From NCBI GenBank assembly GCA_000708835.1, contig DF237147.1, positions 62,001 through 126,000 of the forward strand: 64,000 bases of DNA, written 5' to 3'. Positions 50,252 through 64,000 of this stretch are shown here, in pieces. Numbering within the stretch: position 1 is the first letter of the stretch; each line of letters opens with the position of its first letter. Under the pieces are notes generated by a model. The model was not told the origin of the DNA. It did no database searches and worked only from the letters and a program-made list of their open reading frames with translations. The translations under genes and the position numbers were made by a program. This DNA comes from Klebsormidium nitens (lineage: Eukaryota; Plantae; Klebsormidiophyceae).

Positions 50252-53200
50252 ATGGCTTCCAGTAGATGGCTTGAGGCGTTTCGTGCGCTGGCCTCAAGGA
50301 GGCCTGAGGTCCTCCAGCGGGCGGATGTCGACCACCTCTTCAAAGAACACCCAAACAAGGTAAGAGCACAATGCTGAGGGGCCACTCTTTCAAGCTGCAT
50401 TTCTTTGCGAATGCTCTCATATCGGCCCAGAAACTTTGATGGTGGTGTGGTTTCGAGTCCATCTGCTTGTTAACGGTCCAGACAGTTCGCCCTGCTTTGC
50501 AGTTCTGATGTCTACATTACAAGCTGCCCTGCAACTAACATTCAGGATTCTGCTGCGGTTTGTGCACTTAGACAGCATTGCCCTCATTGCTCGCTGACGC
50601 TCGATGGTTTTGGTGGTGTGGGGTTTCCCATCACGTGACAGTAACCACACGTGGAATCCTAACTCTCTCCTTTGCTGTGTGCAGCTTACGGAGGAGCACT
50701 GTCGTGCTCTGGCCCAGCGCCTGCTTGTGCAGCCTGGTGTCACCTTGGCTGCAGCCAGCTGTTTTCGTCCCTTCCTCAGCGACATAGTTCAAGATCTCGT
50801 CAGCCAGCTCCAGTCACAAAGTCCCCGAGACAGCGCCACCACCCCTTTTGTCCCCTACCACGAGCAAGTCGCTGTCGCTTTCAGCTTCCTGCTCCCTCTG
50901 GCGCCTCAGCTGCTGGATCCCATACAGCACTACTTCTCCACCTCGCCGGAGCCTTTTGCCAGACTGCTGGCCGGCATCGCTGGCGCCGACGGCCCTTCCC
51001 AAGAATGGGGCATCACACTGCACGCGGTCGCTCAAGCATCTCACCGACTTCTGTCGACGGCTCCCGCGATATTCAGGGAGTTGTGGAACTGGGGTCCGTT
51101 CTTTGATCTCCTGGCATATCAGGAGCCAAGTTCTGATAGCAGAGCCAATCAAGATACGCCACCTCAAGGGGGCGCCTCTGGGGATTCCGATGGCGGTGGT
51201 GGTACGGGTCAGGCAGCTGGTAATGGTCAGCCTATTCCTACCACCGCTGCCGAGATCCGGTGGTCCGCTGTTCAAGTGGCGCGGATAGTGCTACAGCTTA
51301 GTGATGCAAGCACGGAGCAGCTGGCGGCAAACACGGCGAGGCTGACGCCGGTGGAGGCGGCCGCATGCGCTGTGAGGTGAGGGTGGTCTTTGACACAATG
51401 CTGACTCTGGGGCCACTGAGATTGGTAGATCTTCGGCTTCGAGATAGTGTTGGAAGACTTTTTGGTTGTGTCCAATATGCTGTCTCAGTTGACGGTCAGC
51501 CTTTGAAGCTTACACCAACAAAGGAGTTCATAATTGGGTGAATGAATTGCCAGTGTGGCATTGTTGTTGTGAATTGGGGAAGGTGCTCGATTACTTGGAT
51601 ACAATATTAAAGCATTCCCTGTTGCAGATGGGAGGATGAAGCTGCCACCATCGACTTTGAGAGAGCCCGCATGTTTATGACCCCTAGTAAAGCAGAAGTG
51701 GCCAGAGATCTTCCATCCGCTGAAAGTTCGTATAGTGAAGCAAGTGCGCCAGACCCCTCCGTTAGTCCCCCTTCGCCCTACAGTGTGTCTGGTCAAGCCC
51801 CACTAGGTAGGCTGCAAGTATGCGGCATCGATCTTCCCCTCCGGCAATATGGGGGCCAAGGCAGCGGCCTGGGCCCTGGGCCCCCTCTTATAGAAGCCCG
51901 CTCTGCACTCGTTCTCACCCCGACAACTCGCAGAAATCTAGAAGCAGTTTCTCTAGGCCTGTGCCAGGGCCGGCCGGTCCTGCTCGAGGGCCCACCTGGC
52001 GCTGGCAAGTCGGCGATCATCGATGAGGTGGCCAGGGTAACAGGAAACCACAACGTCATCAAGTTCCACTTGGACGACCAGACTGACAGCAAGACCCTGC
52101 TCGGGAGTTACGTGTGCACGGAGGTCCCCGGGGAGTTCCGCTGGCAGGCGGGGGCACTCACGCAGGCGGTGGCCAAGGGCATCTGGGTGGTGTTTGAGGA
52201 CGTTGACTGCGCGCCCTTCGAGGTGCTGTCGGCCCTGATCCTGCTCCTGGAGGACCGCCAGCTGTACATCCCAGGGCGGGGAGAGGTCCTGCCCGCTGCT
52301 CCCAACTTTCAAGTCTTTGGAACTGTAACGACACGGACCGGGCGGGCCGCTTCTGCCGGGACGCGGGAGGTGCTGGGGAGCCACTGGGCGCGGGTCAGCA
52401 TCGCGCCCCCAGAAGAAAGCGAACTGGTCGATATTGCGTCGGCGGCAGTCCCGGAAGTCGCGCCTCTAGTTCCCAAGATGGCAGCCACTCTGCAGCGGGT
52501 GCGTGTGCTGACGGGCCAATCGGCAGGGGGAAATGCAGGGGGTGCAGTGGTTCAGGTTGGGCGGTTGTACACTGCGAGAGACCTGCTGAAGTGGGCGCGG
52601 AGAGTGGCCGCAAGCGTTCGAGGGATGGAGCACCTCCTGGTTTCGGGAGCAGACCGGCCCCTCCCGCAGAAAGTACGAGAAGTGGTGTATGCGGAGGCGG
52701 TGGACTGCTTAGCGGGAGCAATCCCGAAGCCCGACGACCGGCGCCGGGTACTGCAGGCTCTTGCGAGTGATTGGGGCGTTTTAGACAGTCAGGTGGAGTA
52801 CTACAGTCAGCTGCATAAGCCGGGGCTGCAGATTGGCGCGGGGGGCGTGCAGGTGGGACGGGCCACGCTGCCAGCTGTTGGGAAGGTGGAGCATTCTGAG
52901 AGCCGGGGAGTGTATGCACAGACGGGGCACACGATGCGTCTGCTTGAGCGGGTGGGGGTGTGCGTGCAGCAGAACGAGCCGGCGCTGCTGGTCGGGGAGA
53001 CTGGGACGGGGAAAACGGCCCTGGTGCAGTTCCTGGCGCGGCAAGTGGGGGCCACCCTCACGGTGCTCAACATGAGCCAGCAGACAGACAGCGCCGATTT
53101 CCTGGGGGGGTTCAAACCAGTCGAGGTGAGGGCCGCGGGAAGCTGAGGCGTGCGATCGTCTGGAAGAACTTTTTCCTACGGTATTTGGGAGGGTCGTTGT

Positions 53201-56200
53201 AGTGCTTCAGTAACAACCAGCGTCGTTGAGGAGGCCTTCTTCCTCTGTCTTGGATGCTCTTTCGTATACGTCAGATGCAGTCAGTCCTGTCAGAGCAGTG
53301 CCTCCCACTGCTTCTCCTCGACTCATTCGTTCAGCCTAATATGCGACTTCTCCGACCCGGACTTACTATCTTGGCCACCTCGTTGTGCAGGCTCATGCCA
53401 TCTGCGTCCCCTTGGCCACGTCTTTCTTCTCCCTGTTCCGGCGCACTTTTCCCAGCCAGCAAAACAACGACTTTGTAGCCCGCGTACGCACCCTGGCCGA
53501 GAAGCGCAAGTGGGTGCCCCTCCTCAAGGCCTGTCGCTCTGCCGTCGAGCGTGTGGCCAAGTTAGCCGACGCCTCCACCGACGGCACACCAGCATTGAGC
53601 CCACAAGCAAGCGGGGACGAACCCCAGCCGAAGCAAATAACGAGCAAGAAGAACGGCCATCCGTTGAGCAACGGGGGTCCCCAGGGGAGCCCAAAGGGCG
53701 CCAAGCGACGCCGGCCAATGGACCCGTCCCTAATGGAGCAGTGGCGCACGTTCGCTGGGGAGCTGGCACGCGCGGAGCGGCAGGTCGAGGCCGCGCAAAC
53801 GGCATTCGCATTTGCCTTCATCGAAGGGGCCCTCGTAAAAGCCCTGCGCGAGGGCCACTGGCTGCTTTTGGACGAGATCAACCTGGCGCCTGCTGACGCT
53901 CTCGAGCGCCTCAGCGGGGTGCTGGACGGCGAGCGGGGATCCCTCTGCCTCACCGAGAAAGGTGACGTCGAAACCATCCCGCGCCACCCGAGCTTCCGCA
54001 TCTTTGGCGCAATGAATCCGGCCACTGACGTGGGCAAACGGGACCTGCCGCTGCCCCTGCGGCAGCGCTTCACTGAGCTGTACGTGGATGAGCTGACGGG
54101 ACGGGACGATCTGCGCCTGCTGGTGGCGCGCTACTTGGGGGAGGCCGTGCCGGGGGCGCCGGTTGATGATATTGTCGACTTCTACCTGGCGGCAAGGCAG
54201 GAGGCGGAGGCGACGCTCTTGGACGGGGCCAATCAGGTAGGGACTTGCGGTGGGCAGAGTGTTGCTATAGAATTCGTCGCTCGCAGATGCGCCGCCCGGT
54301 TGTCACGGCTGTTGCCAAATCGCCTTGCAAACTGGCGTTACAACTGCTATATTCTTTTGCAAGCTTGAGTTTGGGAGCCTCTACGAATCTAAACAAGGAG
54401 ACATTTTTGTTCTTCAAGGCTGAGCGCTTTCTTTCGTAGTGTCCGCCTGACTGTTTGAAAGACATTGGTGCTGATCCCGCCCGCTTTGCTCGTGCAGCGG
54501 CCGGGATACAGCCTGCGCACGCTGTCCCGCGCGCTCGAGTACACGGTGGCGGCGCTGCCCATCTACGGCTTCCAGCGCGCGCTCTTCGACGGCTTCTGCA
54601 TGGGCTTCCTCACGCTGCTCGACCGCCCCAGCGCGCCCACCATGGAGCGCCTCCTCGTGAAGCACCTCCTCAAGGGCAGCGTCGGGGGGCTCAAAGCGCT
54701 GCTGCGGCCACCCCCCCAGCCCAGTCCCAACCACGTCCTCTTCGAGCATTTCTGGGTCGAGGCGGGGACGACGGCGCGCATCCTTTCGGAGGCGGACTTT
54801 GCGGAAGGCCCGGGGCGGAGCCGGTATGTGATGACGGAGAGCGTGCGTGAGCATTTGAAGAACCTCGCGCGCGCGGTGCTGGTGCGGCGGTACCCGATCC
54901 TGCTGCAGGGGCCGACGTCGAGCGGGAAGACCAGCCTGGTGGAGCACCTCGCGGCCAGGACGGGGCACCGCTTCGTGCGCATCAACAACCACGAGCACAC
55001 CGACCTGCAGGTCAGGCCCATTCCCTTTGGTGGTGACTTGCTTCCGCTTCGAAGAACGGTTTAGGCTGCAAATACTAAATGTTTATTCATTGAAAGCGAA
55101 AGCTGTTTTCAAAATGCTGGTCCTACGGTATAAAGGTTTTTGTTTTTATTTGAATGAAGTCAGTCTGCCTGAAGGCGATTGTGACAACACCTTCGGCATC
55201 TGACCCGCGAAACCGATAGGCACACTGCCCAGGACACTGAGCATGAGTTGCTCGCAACTTGCGCTGAAGCTTGTTTCTGTTTGTTCCACCAGGAGTACCT
55301 GGGCAGCTATGCCACGGACCCCCAAAGCGGGCGGCTCGTATTCCAGGAAGGCGCCCTGGTGGAGGCCGTCCGAAAAGGCCACTGGATCGTGCTGGACGAG
55401 CTGAACCTGGCGCCGTCGGACGTCCTGGAGGCGCTCAATCGCCTGCTCGACGACAATCGCGAGCTTTTTGTACCAGAGCTGCAGGTGCGCTGCTTTAGAC
55501 CACTGGTGGACTTGGCGCCGATGCTTGACATTTCCAGTTACCGGCTTTGTTCTGCTGTTGTAAGTTTGACCTGATTTACGAGGTTCGTTAAGGTTTCTTG
55601 GAAGTACAGCTCCTAAAATGGCCCTTCGACGAGCAGCGTCCTCCTTTGCAGAGAAGCGGCCGCTACCAGATACTCAAGTCAGGTCTAAGGCCAACCCTGT
55701 GCCTCAAGATCGTTACAGTTCTGGGAGAAGAAAAGCAAGTCTGGCGCCTGGGGGCACCGCCGTTTTGGCGTGCCTTTAAGGCGCCGCTTGCGCATCAGCC
55801 GCTCGTTGCCTCAGTGGCCTCTTTTAGTGGCCACCTTCGGTTCATAGTGGCTGAATATTTCCTTCAGACGCTCCTCTGCTGTCATGTCTGTTGTCAGTCC
55901 GTTTTGTCGGTTTCTCCGACAGCCGCGGTTCTTCGATTTGAGAAATGCTGCCTGCCTGTTGGAGTCTGTGCTCTGAGCAGACGATGAAAGATTTGCGAAA
56001 CAACGAATCGTGACTTGTTGCTGGCCTGAACAAACTTGGCAATCAATCGGCGTTTCCCCTGAAGTGCGTCAGTGTAAACGTCCTCTCTCCTTACTAGTTC
56101 TTCGTTGTTCTCCCCTCTCACAGGTGACCATCAAGCCGCACCCCCACTTCATGCTGTTTGCCACCCAGAACCCCCCAGGGACCTACGGCGGGCGGAAGGC

Positions 56201-59200
56201 CCTGTCACGTGCCTTTCGTAGCCGCTTCCTGGAGCTCCACGTGGACGACATCCCTGCGAGCGAGCTGACCCGCATCCTGGAGCTGCGCTGCGGCATCCCC
56301 GCCAGCTACGCTGCCAAGATGGTGGACGTCCTCAAGGACTTGCAGCGGCACCGCCAAGGCACAGCGGCCTTTGCTGGTGAGGGCTTGGGAGAGGGCTTGA
56401 CGCTTTTCCTGTTGCTAGGATGAGGAACCGCACAATTTAAGCTGGCATCTGCGTCTCTTGGTTTTGTTGAAGTCATACGCTCAGCCCTTTCGTTCCTGCG
56501 TTGCACCGTGGATTGGCAATGATTGCCGATATTGGGTTTGGCTTGATCGGATGCAACCCATGGGCGAGACGATCCATGCCCTCGTTCTACTGCAAAGACA
56601 TACCTGCAAAGACATATCTTGGAGTGATTGAAGTATTGTAGAATCTACGGTTCTGATACATACCCTACCTTTTTCTGTCGCAGGCAAGCACGGTTTCGTG
56701 ACCCCCCGTGACCTGTTCCGGTGGGCGGAGCGGCATGCAACTGGCTACGAGGAGCTGGCTCGGGACGGTTTCCTGCTGCTGGGGGAGAGACTGCGGGACG
56801 AGGCGGAGAAGCAGATTGTGAAAGCCACTCTGGAGAAGCACATGCGGGTCAAGCTGGACTTGTCTACGCTGCACGAGGTGTGGGTGCCACTCCACCATGA
56901 TCTGCTTTCATCTTTTTCCACGTGCCCTTGCAGCCATCTCGAATCTTGTGCATGGGCTAGCTCTCAATAGGCATTCGTGCTCAGCAGTGACAGTCGCTTC
57001 GCCGTTGCTTTCGCACTTGCATCACCAGGTACTAATCTCTTTGGGACCCGCAGACATTCACGCGTGCTACATCCTGGCAATCTTGTTGATAAAGCGGCAC
57101 CACCCAGAAACGCCTCTTGAAGCATATGACATCTATTGAGTTCTCCTTTCGACACTCGCAGGTGTCCAGCTCCGAGGCCTTCCAGGCGCTGGAGCAGCGC
57201 ATGCGCGCGCCCGACGCGGTGGCCGCAGTGGGCAAGATCGTGTGGACGGGGGCGATGCGGCGGCTGTTCCACCTGGTGGAGCGGTGCCTGGCGCACAACG
57301 AGCCGGCGCTGCTGGTGGGCGAGACGGGCGCGGGCAAGACCAGCGTGTGCCAGATGCTGGCGCTCCTGCGCGGCCAGCGCCTGCACATCCTCAACTGCCA
57401 CCAGCACACCGAGACCTCCGACTTCCTGGGGGGTTTCCGCCCGGTCAGGTAAGAACCGGGAGCTGCGGTGGCGAACTTAGAGTGATTTGCCTACTCCTGG
57501 GCCAGGACTCTGTGGTGGAATCAAGCGGACGGTTTGTTTGATCTCCCTTTGTTCTTAGCACAAATGTACGTTGACTGCTGCGAAAAGCGTTAGAGATTTG
57601 CAAGTTTTGAGTCAAGGTTACAAACCATTTTACCCCTGGAAGAAACGGCTTAAATGAGGGGTGCCGGGGCTCTGATCTTGTTTCTCTGCTTTTCTGCTCC
57701 AGGGACCGGGAGCGCACGGCTGCTCGCGCCACTGCGCTCTCTACAGAGGTGGCCCAGCATCCGCTGTTCCAAGCCACCGTCTTAGAGCTCGACCCCGCCG
57801 CCCAAAGCCCATTCATCAGCACCGACGTACAGGACGCCGCAGTTACCATCTCTTTGATCAATCGGGTCGTCCACACTCTTCATGCACGCACACAGTCTCC
57901 GTCAGAATCACTAGCGGAGGGAATAGAATGCCTGACATCAGCAGCGGCTGAGCTGCAGCAGCTGGTGGGGGAATGGCAGGCCCTGTTTGCGTGGCACGAC
58001 GGTCCTCTGGTGGCGGCGATGCGCAACGGCGACATGCTGCTAGTGGACGAGATCTCGCTCGCAGAGGACAGCGTGCTCGAGAGGCTCAACAGCGTGCTGG
58101 AGCCCAAGAGGCTGCTGGTGAGCCGCTACTGCCGCTCAAAGTCTCTGGCGATTTGCGCCCTTTCTTCATCACGGTATCTGGTAGCGTCGATCGGATATGA
58201 GCGCATTCGAGTGGACTCTGTTCTTCGAGCGCGTCGTTGAAGCCGGAGCGTTGAGCCTTGTCCATGAATTGTTGGGTTCGTTTCCTTGCTGTAAGCTTCA
58301 AGTTTCATCTTTATCTGCCTTCAAAGGCTGTGCCTTGAAAAACTAGCGCTAGGGCTAAGGTTTTCTCCCTAGCCCTGTTGGCTGAGCACGCTTTAAATCC
58401 TGTGGCGGTAGCCTCCTGGCAATGAAGCTGCATAATCAGGCGTGCAACAGAAATTTGCAGTATTCCGTGTCTCTCCAGCCCGCCCGTGTTGGTCTGACTA
58501 GACATTCTGCACATATCTCATTATCACAAATATCGCTCGAAGATATATCCTCATCCAGTGCGCTCGTGACACTCGTCTGGCGCTTTGGCTGCAAAGCCCA
58601 CGCGGTTGACACTTCTCTTCGCCTTTCGTTGTGGGCCTTTCGTTGCGGGGCTTGCAACTTTTGATTCTCCTCACGATTGGGACCTCAGAAGCGTCCGCCC
58701 ACATCCCCTTCTCCCCCTCCGTCTCCCCCCACAGGTCCTGGCTGAGAAGGGCGGCACAACCGTGGAGGAGCTGGTGGCACACCCCAACTTCCGGCTGCTG
58801 GCCACCATGAATCCGGGGGGCGACTTCGGCAAGAAGGAGCTCTCGCCTGCGCTGCGCAACCGTTTCACCGAGCTCTGGGTGCCCGCCATCACCAACCTGG
58901 ACGACCTGCGCAGCATCGTCCAGGACCGCCTCCCCCAGGGGGAACTTCGTCCGCTCGCCGAGCCGTTGTTACGCTTCTGGCAGGTGGGTTGCCAATTTGC
59001 TCTCTGCTCGAGTGTCAACGCTTGCTGTGCTTTCTTCAACATGGTCGTTGAATGTATCTTCTTTCAGGCCGGTCGTCATCAGCGCGTATAAGCCAAAGGC
59101 CCTTGTGTACTTCAAATGCTGGCAGACTGAGCCCCGATTTCGTTGAGTCTCTGTCGTTCTTACACACGGCCTCTGATCGGTCGAAGCTCTCGACCAGTCA

Positions 59201-62200
59201 GAAGGGCACGCTATAGTACCGATTCGTTGTTGAAACTGTTTGTGCGAACCCCTGCTTAGTGGCGCTTAGAATCCTCGTGGTGCTGCCTACAGTGGTTCCA
59301 GCACGAGCAGCAGGGCGGCGGCAAGGTGCTGTCAGTGCGCGACTTGCTTGCCTGGGTGTCGTACATCGTCACGGCTGCGCCCACCATCGGGCCCTTCCCA
59401 GCCTTTATGCACGGAGCCTTTCTGGTGCTCCTGGACGGCATCGGCTTAGGTACGCCTGCACTGATCCGTTCTTATATCAAGGGGCGTTTGATGCATTTCA
59501 ATAGATGTTGACTCCGAAAAATCCAAACCTGTTCTGTGCTCGGCAGCAGAAGGCTTGATGTAAGGGTTGGAGACAAGTTTTGCGTACCAAAGTCATTGTT
59601 TCTGGAGGGTCATAGGAGACTGGTTGAGGGAGAAGATCGTGATGGTCTAGCTTGAGGCTTACGCTGCAATTGCTGACATTATTGAAGGCTTCTGACTCGG
59701 TTCCTGATGCAGGTCTGGGGATCTCAGCAGAAGCCGCAGCTCGCACACGCACTGAGTGCTACCACTACCTCCTCGACCTGCTGCCGGAGGTAAGGATTGC
59801 CTCAAGATCTGCCCTCTGGTATTCCTTATCAGTTCTCGAAGCACTCTACCTGCAGTCCAGCACGTGTTGTATTGAGCGACTTTGTTCTCCGTTTAAAAAA
59901 GTTGCCCGAGTCTTCGCCTTGACAGGCTGTAAACGCTTTCTCCACCGCATCCATCTTGCCCTTCTTTCTCCAACCCTTATCTTGCCTTATTTTCAGGTCG
60001 AGCGGGCCGCTGTCGTGGCTTCTAGCGGCATCCCCGCTCCCGGCATCCCCCTCCCCCCCTCCCTCTCCGACTTCGGCCGCATTACTGCGGACGAGTCTTC
60101 CTTCGGGCTGCACCCCTTCTACATCCCGCGAGGCCCGCACGCCATCGCAGGGGCGCCGTTCGAGCTGGGCGCCCCCCGCACGTGCCGCAACGCGATGCGC
60201 GTCATGCGCGGCCTGCAGCTGCGCAAGCCGGTGCTTCTGGAAGGCAGCCCCGGGGTGGGCAAGACGAGCCTGGTGGCCGCTTTGGCCGCTGCTTCGGGGC
60301 ACAAGCTGGTGCGCATCAACCTGTCGGAGCAGACTGACATGATGGACCTCCTTGGAACGGACCTCCCGACTGAGGGCGCGGCCGGGGGAACGTTTACGTG
60401 GTCGGACGGCGTGTTCCTACAGGCGCTGCGGGGGGGGGATTGGGTATTATTGGACGAGCTCAACCTGGCGAGCCAGTCGATCTTGGAGGGGCTCAATTCC
60501 GTGCTGGACCACCGCGCTGAGGTGTTCATTCCGGAGCTGGGCCGCACCTTCCGGTGCCCGCCCACCTTCCGGCTGTTCGCCGCGCAGAATCCGCTGCAAC
60601 AGGGGGGCGGCAGGAAGGGCCTTCCCAAGTCGTTTCTCAACCGCTTTTCGCGGGTGAGACTGCCCGTTCTCTTCTCCTTCGTTTTCGACCTGGCGATGGC
60701 TCTGTCCTGGTGTATCTTTCCGTCTGGGCCTATTGCCACTTTGCTGGAAGCTACTTTTGGATTGCCCCCTTTAATACCTGAGGGCTTGTCATGATCCGGA
60801 TTGAAATCAGAAGGTGTTCGATCTCCAGGCACGATTCGAAGGCTTGCCAGCAGGCAGCAGTGCGCTCCTGCCAATATGCTGCTGAGTTCAAACTTTCGTG
60901 CTACACAAAGGTCCGTGGAAATGGTCACCCTGATGCCGCAGATCACTGAAGCACGCGTCAGGCCATGCACGAAACAAGCATTCACCGTGTGTCCGTACTT
61001 TCTTGAGTCACCGAACCAGCGTTTTCGTCTTCTTCAAGCTGCGACACGACATGTGCGCTCGGAACCGCCCAATTGATCTTTTACGCTGCAATGCCTGCTG
61101 TGGTTTCGAAATTCCGGCTTGAGTCCACCGTTTTGGGTTTCAACGACCCTGCTTTTTAATACGTAACGGTGAAGTTCGACGAAATGCTGACACTTGCCCT
61201 GCCATCCCCTAGGTTTACGTGGAGGCCCTGGAGGCCGCCGACCTGGAGTTCATCTGCACAGCGCTCTTCCTGTCCATCTCTTCGCCTACGCTGCACCACA
61301 TGGTGTCCTTCAACGAGCGGTTGCACCACGAGACCATGGTGGCGCACTCGTTTGGCCACCGCGGCGCCCCCTGGGAGTTCAACCTGCGCGACATCCTGCG
61401 CTGGTGCGAGCTCATCCTCAAGTCGCGGGAAGAAGACCCGCTCCTGCACGTCGCGGCATCCGACGACGAAGCAGCGGGGCAGCACCTGGGCACGATCTAC
61501 CTGCAGCGGATGCGGCAGCCGGAGGACCGACGGCGCGTCGTTGCGCTGTATCGGGAAGTCTTTGGGACGGAGCCGAGTTTGGAACTGCACCCGCGGCTCA
61601 CGATGACGCCTGAAACCCTCCAGCTTGGCCGGACGACACTTTCGCGAGAACGGGATCCCGGGCCTGGGCAAGCCGGGGGAACGCGCCAGCTGGCGGTGAT
61701 GCCAGGACAGCTGTCGGCGCTGGAGACGGTTGCGCGGTGCGTGCAGAGGGGGTGGATGTCCATCCTCCTGGGGGGCCCGGCCTCGGGAAAGACCAGTCTC
61801 GTAAGGACGCTGGCGCAGCTGACGGGGAACGTGCTCCACGAGTACCCCCTCACCAGCGCCTCAGACACCACAGAGCTGCTGGGCTGTTTCGAACAGGTGA
61901 GGGGCAGGGGGGGCATCCATCCGTTGTCGAAGCAAAATTTGACTGACTTTTTATCCATTTCTAATCTTGCTTCGTATTTGGGGCCATGATTTATGTGCTC
62001 TAGTGTCTCCAGCAAGTGCTGTACAGTTTTCTGTCATTGATTGCTCCGTCCACACCTGTTTGATCGATTACTCACCCAATTTCGACCTCACTTTTGCAGT
62101 TCGATCCCATGCGGCGCATGCGCAGTGCCCACTCCCGAGCCCAGTCTGCCCTCCAGTCCGTGTGCGAGCTGCTGCTCTCCCGCAAGCCTGGAAGCCAGCC

Positions 62201-64000
62201 CGCAGCGCGCCTCATCGAGATGGTTAAGAGCCTCCAGGCCAGCTGGACAGCCTACGCCAAGCGGGCCAAGGCTGCCTCCCTCGCTGAAGCAGGGGCCGGC
62301 CAGATCGACACCTCCGAGGGCGCGCTGGACCTCAAGGCGCTGGAGCTGCTGCAACACCTCGTTGCACAACTGTCAAGCGCTCTCACCGCCGCAGCCACGG
62401 ACCAGATCCCGGACGAAGCAAGCGATGACGTCAGCACGCTGCAAACCCGGTTGTCGGTGCTGACAGTAGATGTCAGTGGTCTTGTTCAAGAGGCGGGTGC
62501 AAGCGGTGGGGCGGGGAAAGTGGTGGGCAGGTTCGAGTGGGTGGACGGTGTGTTGGTGCACGCTCTGGAGCGGGGAGAGTGGGTGCTGCTGGAGAACGCC
62601 AATCTGTGCAACCCGACGGTGCTAGACCGGCTGAACCCTCTGCTCGAGCCGGGGGGCACCGTCATGGTCAACGAGCGCGGCCTGGTTGAGGGGCAGCCCA
62701 TGGTAGTTACGGCGCACCCCAAGTTCCGCCTGTTCCTGACGCTGGACCCAGGGTACGGGGAGCTCTCGCGAGCGATGCGGAACAGGGGGATTGAGGTTTT
62801 CATGATGCCGCCAGACTGGGCGTCGGACCAAGGAGAGAACGAGACAGAGCCGGAGCGGAGCACTCTATGGCAAGACATGCTGCGGACACTGGCCGTGGCT
62901 GGCATCCCAGGGAGGGCCTTGTCCGAGGCGATGGCGCGAGCTCATGTCCGGACGGCAGAGGCGGCCGCAGCGTACTCCAGTGGAAGCGGGGCCCTGCTGA
63001 CGCTGCGCGACCTTGCCCGCTTTGCTGAGCTCGTGAATGAGCTTTTGGAGAGGGGTGCCGAAGTAAGAGCAGCGATCCGGGTCAGTTGGGACCACACCCA
63101 CGTGGCGAAGCTGGATTCGATGGAGGCGAGAGCGGCGGCGGAGGGGGCTTACGAGCAGTGGCTTGCAAACGTGCACCTTGCAGAGGAAGCTCCGGGGTCG
63201 GATCAGGAAGCGGGCTCAAGTGGAGCCGCGCAGGCTATGAAAGCTGTGGAGGAGGAGTACTTGAAGGCTGCCCTGGTGCATCCCGCTCGCTGGCCTAACG
63301 TGCTTACGTCAGCAAAATGGGCGCAGCAATCGCAGCTCGCGGCGGTGAAGCGGGACGGCGAGTACCTGCTGTTCCTGGCAGCGCAGAGCGTGGCCGGAGA
63401 AGTCGCAACGATTCTGAGCCGATCGAAGGGGACGGCGTTTGGGGAGCATTTGCGGCCCTGGTTGGAGAAGGAAGCACACGAGAGTGGGGAGCTTTTGGCT
63501 GCTCTGGTGGCGGACATCTGGAGGGAAGGAGGCAAAGGAGATGCACGGAGTCGGGCAGAGCGGATGTTATGGTTCGCATCGGCTTGCCTGGTGCAGCGGG
63601 TCTCCCCTCTGGATGCGGATCTGAGGGGGTTTTGGGTGCAAGCCGTCAGGGGCGGCTTCCTTGGTTTGCGGACGTCTGGAATAACCGGGGACCTGTTAGG
63701 CGGCCTTGCTGAGCTGATGGAGCAGCTCGAAGGTCATCCGGTCACCGCGCAACTCGGAAGAGTCCGGTTGGCCTTGGCTCGTCTGGTGGGCGCTTCAGTA
63801 GCGACCCTAGAAAGGCAGCCCTACGATCTGCGAGTTCTCAATCTAGCAGCGCCAGCTGGCACCCCGACAGAAGCCCACCTGTTGCTCGTTGCGGCCCTGG
63901 CTGACAGCTGGGGACTGGCGAGAACTTCCATCCAGCAGCAAGTCGTAATGGACAGGTTCCTGGAGCAGGGGAGAAGCGAGGGGGCGGCCAGTCTGGTGGG
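50252..64000 (+). CDS. MDN1: Midasin (Rea1), dynein-related AAA ATPase for pre-60S maturation; 5' part only, continues past the window end
   Basis: Six tandem AAA modules with Walker A motifs GPPGAGKS, GETGTGKT, GPTSSGKT, GETGAGKT, GSPGVGKT and GGPASGKT. Repeated GHWLLLDEINLA / FATMNPGG / LRNRFTE-type motifs. The final exon starts near 62100 and matches AAA6 (FEWVDGVLVHALERGEWVLLENANLCNPTVLDRLN), appearing open to the edge. First exon MASSRWLEAF... at 50252 is inferred. Confidence 0.97.

Noticed and set aside
60429-60440. G9 run in MDN1 coding sequence (and other G/C homopolymers) as a possible frameshift or slippage site
   Set aside because: The frame is intact (CGG GGG GGG GAT); it simply encodes Arg-Gly-Gly-Asp.

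Overview
Intron-rich, gene-dense eukaryotic nuclear DNA from a green-lineage organism. Plant-type ADCS, IPMI small subunit, DUF1475 and SNAPC1, GC-rich exons and GT-AG introns of about 50-750 nt suggest a streptophyte alga of the Klebsormidium kind; this is inference, not a database match. I assembled 13 spliced protein-coding genes by hand: UPF0640/SMIM4-like (-), PIGH (+), TSEN34 (-), PUS10 (+), SNAPC1 (-), ADCS/pabAB (-), PWP2 (+), DUF1475 (-), an ApaH/PrpE/Ppn2-like metallophosphoesterase (+), VPS35 (-), VPS68/TMEM50 (+), leuD/IPMI-SSU (-) and MDN1/midasin (+, runs off the right edge). Most ORFs in the supplied track are exon fragments or antisense shadows. I saw no tRNA, rRNA, CRISPR array or recognisable transposon. 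The best leads are: (i) almost perfectly alternating orientation, giving six head-to-head pairs, two of which look functionally matched (TSEN34+PUS10; VPS35+VPS68); (ii) a duplicated coding motif with frame-compatible cryptic exons inside SNAPC1; (iii) long purine-pyrimidine alternating tracts in 3' spacers; (iv) plant-like site II/telo-box-like motifs in the leuD/MDN1 promoter. I found no clearly novel multi-gene system; all findings are hypotheses with stated tests.
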